DNA of 64,000 nt from Diplonema japonicum (taxonomy: Eukaryota; Protista; Euglenozoa: Diplonemea). The notes below the pieces were generated by a model, which was not told the DNA's origin, did no database searches, and was given only the letters and a program-made list of their open reading frames with translations. The translations under genes and the position numbers were made by a program. The DNA lies in contig OZ025713.1 of the NCBI GenBank assembly GCA_964019335.1, positions 1-64,000 of the forward strand, given 5' to 3'. Shown here one piece after another: positions 55,070 through 64,000 of the stretch. Every line of letters starts with the position of its first letter. Position 1 is the stretch's first letter.

Positions 55070-56761
55070 CCCCTAAACGCCCGGAGCCTATCTACGGTAC
55101 CCCCCTATTTTCGTTGTTGCTTTGAATACTCAAAAAAAGGGCAGCATGCAACCATAGGAAGGTGCAAGGAAAGGGTAAACGGTACTAAAATTTTCAATTC
55201 CAGAACACTTAACTATGTGTGTAAGAGGGGGGTTGAGGGGGTACTTTTTATGTCCGATTTTGGGAGTCGTGGGGGGTCCGTGGAGTTATGGCTGGGCTAA
55301 AAAGGGCAGCATTCAGCCCTATTTGGTGCCCTGAACTCTAGGATTGAGGTCAGTCTGGAGACTTTTTGGGGCTGTGGGATGAAAAAAGCAACTTGTGAGT
55401 TTTTTTTCCAGCTGGGGTAGCATGCAAGGGTAAATAACACGTTTTGCATAAGGGGGTTTTGCAACAGGGGCACCACGTTTGCACCTTCTTCCTGCACCCA
55501 GGAACAGCACAGAGCACCCTCCTCACCTTCGTTCCGTTCATCATGGTCTCGGAGGTGTGATTTAGGGTCAAATCGAGACGTTTTGGGTATTTCTGAGTGA
55601 GGGAATCCTCATTGCTAGCGTGTTTGCGCTTGGGGGTCGGTGACGGTGTTGTCGGGGGTGTGTGCTATCGGTTTTTGGGGCATGGGTGAGAAACTTGCCA
55701 ACAAGTTCTTCTTTGAAGCTCGGGAAGCCATAATTTTTGCCACATTCCTTGCTCTTCTTCCACGGAGGAGCAACACAGCTTTCCAGGACCAATAAAAAAC
55801 GACCATGGTCCACTTCCGGGTTTTCATATGCCGAACTCCAGTCCCCTGGAGCTGGTCTTGCCGGTCAGGGGTCGACAGCAAACCCTTAGGAGTCGACAGT
55901 ACGCATGACTAGGTCCTGTGTTGTGGACTTTTTGCTGAAAATGTTGAAATTCGCCAGGTAACAGTTTTATGAGTCGCATGTAGCGACTACCTTGATGCCC
56001 ACCGAGTTGTTTTTTCGTGGTTCCATGACTTTTATTGTTGTCGGGATAACACTGTCGTCAACAGACAACCACTTGCCAGGGGTCCGCACAGTCCTACACC
56101 GGTTGACAATGATGTCAAGAAACCTACGCATGAGGTGCAGTTTCAGGCCTTACTGATGTTTCCAGGTTGTCAAAGGTCGGCGCTGTATGGTAACGAATCG
56201 GTTTGCTCATTTTCTCAAAAGCCGGGATGGTTAAATTAGAATTTGTTGTCCAGTAGCTCTTCATATTCGGTGCCGAGCGTAACCCCATTAACAGGACCAA
56301 CCCAAGCCAAATTTTGTACTCTGGGATGGAAGGATTCAGATTCCGCTGTTTTTTTGAACCGAAACGACCGTTCGTGGAAGAAACTATGAGCTCAAGGACC
56401 GCGTGTGCAAAAAAAAAAAGATTAAAAACACCCTCCTCATGTTTCGGGCCTTTGGGAGTATTTCTCCCACCCAAGCATCGTTTCCGGCCCCTCTTTGACC
56501 GCCTCATCGTCTTTTTCTTCTTTATCTGACTAGTCGGGGGAGACTCACGTTTTCGCTGCTATTTTGACCATCTGATTTCATTTTAAGCCAACCCTGCCGG
56601 TTTCAATTAAAACAAAACTTTTAACGCAAAATGTAGTTCCGAGACAAAATAAACCGCGCAACAATGCCATATTTTGAAGTCCAGGGGCCGTGTTCAAAAA
56701 AAAGTACTTAGCGAAAAAATTTTGAAACAAGGACAAAAACGTCCGCGCGGGCGTTTAGGGG
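55070..56761 (-). mobile_element. Internally deleted piggyBac transposon, 1692 bp
   Basis: TTAA on both flanks (55066-55069 and 56762-56765). 14-bp perfect TIR CCCCTAAACGCCCG. Broken transposase: WLGLVLLMG..P..KSYW, PGKWLSVDDSV, GIKV..CDS, TRKW, C-terminal C..C..CPCC..PLC..C...H. Confidence 0.92.
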
Positions 56762-57030
56762 TTAACAAAGAAAAAGCACAAAACGATATAGTTTTCCGAG
56801 AGCCTTCCAAGCAGGCACCCTTCTACTCCCCCCCCCCCCCTTTTTTTTAAATTTAATTAAAACCTTTGCGAAACACACAATTCTGTGGAAACCACAACAA
56901 AAAAGCGCAAAAGAGGAACTTGCCGTTTTTTTGTTACGTGCTTTAGGGTAAAAACCTGGAGAAAGTTTGTCAACCCGAAACACGTTGCCAACGTTCCCCT
57001 ATTGTTTAGACAAGTCAAAGACTCGTTCTT

Positions 57031-57069
<39 letters not shown>

Positions 57070-57800
57070 AAAAAAGAGAGTTCGTTCAGAAAAAAACTAG
57101 GTTGCCGCCTCATTTTTTTGTTTGTGCGCACGAACCGAATCTTACCTAATAAATTAGCTTCATTACGCTGCCATCAACTAGTTTTTTTTAGTCTCGATAA
57201 TAGTACTACTTACAAACTCATCAAAAAAAAAATAAAAAATAAAAAAAAGGCGAGCTTGAGCAAACGCGCGCACTTCCTTTGGGTTCTTTTTCCCTTTCCC
57301 CCCCTTTTTTTTGTTCTCTTCCTTTTTTCCCTTTTCTGTTAATAAAGATTGTGTCTAACAAAAAAAAAAATAGGGGAAAAAAAAAAATAAGATAAAAAAA
57401 AAAGAAGAAAACGAAAGGAGGGAGGGGAACGAAGAGAAAAAAAAATCGATCTTTTTAGCGTCAAGGGCGATGCAAGCCAAACGTCGCTCAGTAGCGACAA
57501 CCACAGTCGTTTACTCCAGCGACATATTATTTGGAGTAAGCTGCCGCTTGGTGGTGCACGTAGCTGAGGGAGCAAAATCCTTCCGCCCCACTCTTTCTCC
57601 TCCCCCATCCCCGGTTTGTATCTTTGGGTCCAGGCTGTGGGAATCTTTTTCTTTTTTCTTTTTTTTTTCTTTTTTTTTTTTTTTTTTTTTTTTGCACTTT
57701 ATCTTTATAAATATGGTGTGCAAATAAAAAAAAAATAAAATATATAAAAAAAAAACCCTCTTCTTTTCCTCCTTTTCCCCCCTTTTTTATCATTTCTTCT

Positions 57801-57832
<32 letters not shown>

Positions 57833-58783
57833 TTCCCCTTCTTTTTCTTTTTTATGTTTAGGTACTAGAACCTAACTCAGACTTTTATTCTTAAACATGC
57901 CGCATTGATCGGTCTTGCGGGAGCAAAAAAAAAAAAAAAAAAATAAATATATAGAGCTCGTCCGGAAAGAAATGTCAACAAATGGCCCTCGAGTGCCCCG
58001 TTAAGTTTCTAAGTAGAAAAGTAAACCGACATTGTTTTATCTTGTATGTCATCTTCCTATGGTTGCATTTTTCGTAAGTGCCAAAGGGGAACTGCCGGGT
58101 AAAAACCTGGAGAAGTTTGTCAACCCAAAACACGTTGCCAACGTTCCCCTTTTGTTTAGACAAGTCAAAGATTCGTTCTTGCAAAAAGAATTCACCTGAT
58201 TGATATTTTCCGGACGAGCTCATATATGAGTTAAAGGAAAGAAGAAGAAGAAAAAAAAAAAAACTGTAATCGGACTGGCAAATCCCAAAACTGAGCTGGG
58301 AAGAACGACGAAACGCCTTCAAAATACCCGTCCTTCTAGCCAGGCACTTTTCTTTTTTCATTTTCTCTCTTTTCTTTTTTTGGTCAATGGATAAAAAAAA
58401 AAAATAAGGTGCTTAGTTATCCTTCCACCACATGATTCTTTTTACCACAGCTCCTCCCAGAAACGCGCTTTTTTTATTCTTATAGTATTCATGACGCAAA
58501 AAAAAGGGGGGGGGGAAACCCAGTTCACTTCCACATTAATAGTATTCTTCCCTTTGTGTTACCTTGCATCACATAGATGGTGTTTAAGTACCTTTTGCCC
58601 CATCTAGGTATGCGAAGCACCTCCTTTTTTTTCTTTTTGTTTTTTTTTATAAGGAAACAAATAAAGAAGGGTTAAAAATTTCTTTTCTCATTTTCTTTTT
58701 CTTTTTTTTTTCTTTCAATTCAAATAAAAGAGAGAGGTAGAGGGAGAGACGCATTTTTTCTTTTTGTTTTCCATCAAGGAGGC

Positions 58784-61700
58784 CTACACAGTAATTGTCT
58801 GTGGCCCTTGGGATGAAAAGGGAGAGCTCAGCTCCTCGTGCCTTTTCAGCTCATCAAGCTGCATGAAGTCTTTTAGCTGGACTTCATTTCTCTTCCGCAT
58901 GGCAGCCACGCCAGCCACCACAATGCACAAGCCACCAACACCTGCCAGTACCACGATCCACCACTTGAAGCCACTGCTCGTATCATCCTCCTCCCCTGCC
59001 CCAAGGTCATCATGAGGTGATGTTCCATTCCCGCTCATGTTCCCTGGCGACATTGTTTCCTTCACAGTCGGCCCCTTGGTGTCTGGTGCTGCTGTGTCGG
59101 GTGATGTGCTGTTGGGGGCCATCGTGTCAGGCGAAGTTGTGTTCGCCTCCATGTCATCAGGTGATGTGCTGTTGGGGGCCATCGTTTCATTAGTGTCTGG
59201 CTCCATGTCCGGAGACACGGTATCGTTGGGGGTCATTGTGTCGGGAGAAGCAGTGGAACCTGGTACCAATGTATCAGGCATCGATGTGTCGGGGGCCATC
59301 GTTTCAGGTGCAGTAGTGTTGGGAGCCATTGTGTCTGGCGCTATAGTATCGGGAGAAGCAGTGGAACCTGGTACCAATGTATCAGGCATCGATGTGTCGG
59401 GGGCCATTGTAGAAGGAGCATCTGTGCTAGGAGCTGTAGTTGGTGCTATTGTTTCAGGGGCAGAGGTATTAGGTGCAAGAGTAACTGGTGCGTCTGTGTC
59501 GGGTGCTGTGGTATTGGGTGCCATTGTTAGGGGAACCTCCGTGTTGGGCGCTGTGGTATTGGGGGCCATAGTATCAGGAGCCACAGTATCAGGAGCTTCA
59601 GTGTCTTCGTCACCGCACTCGAGCATCGCCTTCCACCTCTGCAGGTTGTCCTCGACGAAGCGCCTCCCCAGCTGTTCATGCCCTGACAGCTCGCTCACCG
59701 TGTTCTCACCGCCCACGCTGTACACACCTGTTTCCATGTCGAAGCTGAAGATCGTCCCGAAGCTCCCGAACCACCTACCTTCCTTGTTCTTCTCCTCGTA
59801 CCCCCACTTCCATGTTCCCTCACCTGTGAACCTTCCTGACCAGAAGTATCTTGCTGTTGGGAGGAACCCGACACCTTCTCCTTCTCCAACAGTCGCCGAC
59901 ATGAACTTCCCTATCATCGTCTCCCCGAGTACTTGGTTCCCGTTCCCACCGCTGCCCTTTCGCACCACCGCCTGAAGGAACTTCGCGAAGTCCTCGAAGG
60001 TCATCATGGCCCCTTCCCCGAAGCCAGACACACCAGGGTACGCCGCGTCACCAGACACCTCGAACGGGAACTCCCCCATCAGGTTCCACATGGAGGCGTC
60101 CCATGTCGACACATCGCTTGCCCACTGGTTCCCGAAGAAGATCTCCGCCACGTCCCCTTTCGGTGAGGTCCCAGCGCGGAGCCAGCTCATGAAGGCACTG
60201 TCCATCCCGAGCTTGCTCCACACCTTCTCCCTCATCAGGGTCTCAGCATCCTTGTTGTACGCCTTCGCAAGGGCCATCCCGATCACGTCGTAGTCGTAGC
60301 CATAGTAGGACCTCTCACCTGGCTGCGAGATCAGAGGGATCTTCGGCCTGCACCCGAGCCAGTCAGCCGCCCTCACGAGCTTCCCACCGTTTGCTGTTGT
60401 CATCGCACCAGAACACTTGTCAGAAGCAAGCTTGGGAAGGACACCGTCAGCAGGTGATATCGTTGCAGCATCCTTCAAGGTTCCCATCCCGAACTGGGAG
60501 TTGCTGAAGCCACACTTCATCCCAAGACAGTCCCAGAAGGTGAGCTCCCTCTCAACAGGTACCGTCACAGTGGTCTCGTTCACAATATCAACAGCAGTGA
60601 GCTTGGAGGCGGCCAGTTCAGGGATGAACTTCGAGATGGGGTCGGAGGGCTTCACCACACCTTCCTCAAAGGCAATAGCAGTGAGCATCCCTGACATGAT
60701 CTTGGTCATCCCACCCATGCGGTAGATCGTCGATGGGGACACCTTCTGCCCCTTCGATGCGAACCCTGTGGCAAATGCTGCCTGCTTCCCACTTTTAGCA
60801 TTGCCAAGAATAAGCTTCACCCCCCTGTCGTTGTTGGCCTTCGACCAGTCGTCGAACTCCTTCTGGATCTTCTGCACTGTCTCTGTCTTGTACACGGGCC
60901 TGGGTGTCGGGAGGGGATCAGCAGAAGCCCCCTTTGCAAGGCGCGACATCCACCTGTTGAAGTTCTTCTTCACGAAGTCCGCACCCGCCTGCTCCACACC
61001 GCTCTGCGCCAGGACAGTGTTCTCCCCTCCAACTCCGTACAGCCCGCTCTCAACGTCGAACTTGAACACCGTCCCGAACGCACCTTCCCACTGCCCGCCA
61101 AGCTCGCCCCCTTCGTTGAAGTAGCTCCTGCTGGGAAGGCCATCCTTCGACTCCAGTCGCTCTTCCTTCTTCCCTGCGAAGCCCCACTTCCAGGTGCTCT
61201 GGTCGGAGAAGCTGCCTGTCCCGTCCACGTAGCGCCCTGCAGGGACGAACCCCATCCCTTCGTCGCTGTTTACAGTCGGTGACATGAACCACTTCCACAC
61301 CGTCTCCCCGAGTACTCGGTTCCCGTTCCCACCGCTGCCCTTTCGCACCACTGCCTGAAGGAACTTCGCGAAGTCCTCGAAGGTCATCATGGCCCCTTCC
61401 CCGAAGCCAGACACACCAGGGTACGTCGCGTCACCAGACACCTCGAACGGGAACTCCCCCATCAGGTTCCACATGGAGGCGTCCCATGTCGACACATCGC
61501 TTGCCCACTGGTTCCCGAAGAAGATCTCCGCCACGTCCCCTTTCGGTGAGGTCCCAGCGCGGAGCCAGCTCATGAAGGCACTGTCCATCCCGAGCTTGCT
61601 CCACACCTTCTCCCTCATCAGGGTCTCAGCATCCTTGTTGTACGCCTTCGCAAGGGCCATCCCGATCACGTCGTAGTCGTAGCCATAGTAGGACCTCTCA

Positions 61701-63914
61701 CCTGGCTGCGAGATCAGAGGGATCTTCGGCCTGCACCCGAGCCAGTCAGCCGCCCTCACGAGCTTCCCACCGTTTGCTGTTGTCATCGCACCAGAACACT
61801 TGTCAGAAGCAAGCTTGGGAAGGACACCGTCAGCAGGTGATATCGTTGCAGCATCCTTCAAGGTTCCCATCCCGAACTGGGAGTTGCTGAAGCCACACTT
61901 CATCCCAAGACAGTCCCAGAAGGTGAGCTCCCTCTCAATAGGTACCGTCACAGTGGTCTCGTTCACAATATCAACAGCAGTGAGCTTGGAGGCGGCCAGT
62001 TCAGGGATGAACTTCGAGATGGGGTCGGAGGGCTTCACCACACCTTCCTCAAAGGCAATAGCAGTGAGCATCCCTGACATGATCTTGGTCATCCCACCCA
62101 TGCGGTAGATCGTAGAGGTCGAAACCTTCTTCCCCTTCGATGCGAACCCTGCCCCGAAGGCCTGTTGCTCACCTGTTTTCGCGTTCCCGACCACCAGCTT
62201 CACCCCCCTGTCGTTGTTGGCCTTCGACCAGTCATCGAACTCCTTCTGGATCTCAGCCACAACAGAGGAATCGAAGCTCACCGGGGAGGGGGGAACAGAG
62301 AGAACTGCCTGTGCCTCACCTTGCATAAGGGTTGCGACCCACCTGTTGAAGTTCTTCTTCACGAAAATCGCTCCGAGCTGCTTGCTGCCGCTCTGTGCCA
62401 GGACAGTGTTCTCCCCTCCCACTCCGTACAGCCCGCTCTCGACGTCGAACTGTGGTGTGTGTGGTGGAAATTCAAGGTGGAAAATGGATGGAAGAAAAGA
62501 CAAAAGAGGGAGAAAAAGACTTGATCACACACCTTAAACATGGTCCCGAAGCTCCCTGTCCACTGGCCAACAGACGTGCTCGACTCCGAGAAGTAAGGGA
62601 AGGAAGGTGCCCCAGACATGTCGTTCTGCGAGCCCTCACGACGCCCGGAGAAGCCCCACCTGAGGGGAAGAAAGAAATGGAAGTATATGGTTTGACTAAA
62701 GAAATCACACACCTCCACTCGCTCTGCTTGGAGAAGTCCCCTGCTGTGTCCATGTACCTGAAGGGAGGGAGGAAGCCCATCCCTTCATCTTCCCTCACAG
62801 TTGGTGACATGAACCTCTTCCACGTCGTCTCGCACGCCACCTCTGCCCCGTTGCTGCCGGTCCCCTTTTGCACCACTGCCTGAAGGAACTTCGCGAAGTC
62901 CTCGAAGGTCATCATGGCCCCTTCCCCGAAGCCAGACACACCAGGGTACGCCGCGTCACCAGACACCTCGAACGGGAACTCCCCCATCAGGTTCCACATG
63001 GAGGCGTCCCATGTCGACACATCGCTTGCCCACATGTTTTGTCCAGCCCGCATCCCTGCAGGGACTGTCCCGCTGGGGAACGATGCCGCAGGAGGGACCT
63101 TGAAGAACAGGTCCGCCACGTCCCCTTTCGGTGAGGTCCCTGTGCGGAGCCAGCTCATGAAGGCACTGTCCATCCCGAGCTTGTTCCACACCTTCTCCCT
63201 CATCAGGGTCTCAGCATCCTTGTTGTACGCCTTCGCAAGGGCCATCCCGATCACGTCGTAGTCGTAGCCATAGTAGGACCTCTCACCTGGCTGCGAGATC
63301 AGAGGGATCTTCGGCCTGCACCCGAGCCAGTCGGCCGCCCTCACGAGCTTCCCACCGTTTGCTGTTGTCATCGCACCAGAACACTTGTCAGAAGCAAGCT
63401 TGGGAAGGACACCGTCAGCAGGTGATATCGTTGCAGCATCCTTCAAGGTTCCCATCCCGAACTGGGAGTTGCTGAAGCCACACTTCATCCCAAGACAGTC
63501 CCAGAAGGTGAGCTCCCTCTTCAATGGCTTCTCGACAGTTGCCCCGTTCACAGAAGAGACAGCAGTGAGCTTGGAGGCGGCCAGTTCAGGGATGAACTTC
63601 GAGATGGGGTCAGAGGGCTTCACCACACCTTCCTCAAAGGCAATAGCAGTGAGCATCCCTGACATGATCTTGGTCATCCCACCCATGCGGTAGATCGTCG
63701 ATGGGGACACCTTCTTCCCCTTCGATGCGAACCCTGCCTCGAATGTCTGTTGCTCACCCGTCTTCGCGTTCCCGACGATGAGCTTCACCCCCCTGTCGTT
63801 GTTGGCCTTCGACCAGTCGTCGAACTCCTTCTGGATCGCCGCGATCTTGCTGGTGTCGAAGGACTGCCCTGCAGCCAGCGCCGCAAGAGCAAGCCATATG
63901 AAGGCTCGTTGCAT
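58784..63914 (-). CDS. Type I surface protein with three beta-lactamase/serine-hydrolase-fold domains, a T/P/D mucin-like stalk and a TM helix; three exons (63914-62713, 62659-62533, 62449-58784), 1664 aa
   Basis: Signal MQRAFIWLALAALAAG. Three copies of IYRMGGMTK..DPISKFIPE..PLISQPGE..YYG. GT-AG introns at 62660-62712 (53 nt) and 62450-62532 (83 nt) restore frame and collinearity with the other domains. TxAP repeats; TM WWIVVLAGVGGLCIVVAGVAAM. Confidence 0.9.
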
Positions 63915-63955
63915 TTTGAAGTTGCTTAATCTGAAAAGAGAGATGAGAATTGGTA
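63915..63955 (-). promoter_or_regulatory. Candidate splice acceptor (pyrimidine tract + CAG) ~16 nt upstream of the ATG, plausibly the spliced-leader addition site
   Basis: Minus strand reads TTCTCATCTCTCTTTTCAG|ATTAAGCAACTTCAAAATG. Confidence 0.5.
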
Positions 63956-64000
63956 GGCAATGCTGGCAAGAAACAGAAAAGAAGCAAGAAGATGCATAGG

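Noticed and set aside
1-64000. Spliced-leader RNA gene, rRNA or tRNA genes; alternative genetic code
   Set aside because: I saw no SL exon-like or structural RNA signature by eye. Genes end in TAA, TAG and TGA, with no conserved in-frame stops.

Overview
Eukaryotic (protist) DNA. The gene repertoire, short GT-AG introns with GTRTG-type donors, pyrimidine-tract/AG acceptors just upstream of ATGs and a single-strand gene array suggest a euglenozoan, probably a diplonemid (inference). The window opens with a telomere-like (GGGTTTGC)n array. It is joined, via a ~550-bp spacer and a second short copy of the same repeat, to a 5'-truncated CRE-clade non-LTR retrotransposon ORF (RLE endonuclease) that has an unusual ~580-aa C-terminal extension. 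All 18 host genes I can support lie on the minus strand: four Ubl-headed LRR/ankyrin proteins; a divergent Rab; two duplicated secreted 10-Cys-repeat/WSC proteins; an R-S-ExE ADP-ribosyltransferase fused to 21 near-identical ankyrin repeats with variable binding positions; a second, degenerate ART with Cys-rich repeats; four PLAC8-family genes; an EGF-SEA membrane protein; a RIIa/Dpy30-domain protein; a cyclase-like/DEP/CNG-type channel; a glycosyltransferase-like protein; and a 1664-aa surface protein with three beta-lactamase-fold domains lacking the catalytic Ser. Intergenic DNA is rich in A/T homopolymers. It holds two inverted Sola-like transposons, a deleted piggyBac, Ingi-like and CRE remnants, and several co-oriented short repeat families. 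All domain calls are by-eye motif recognition; no searches were run.
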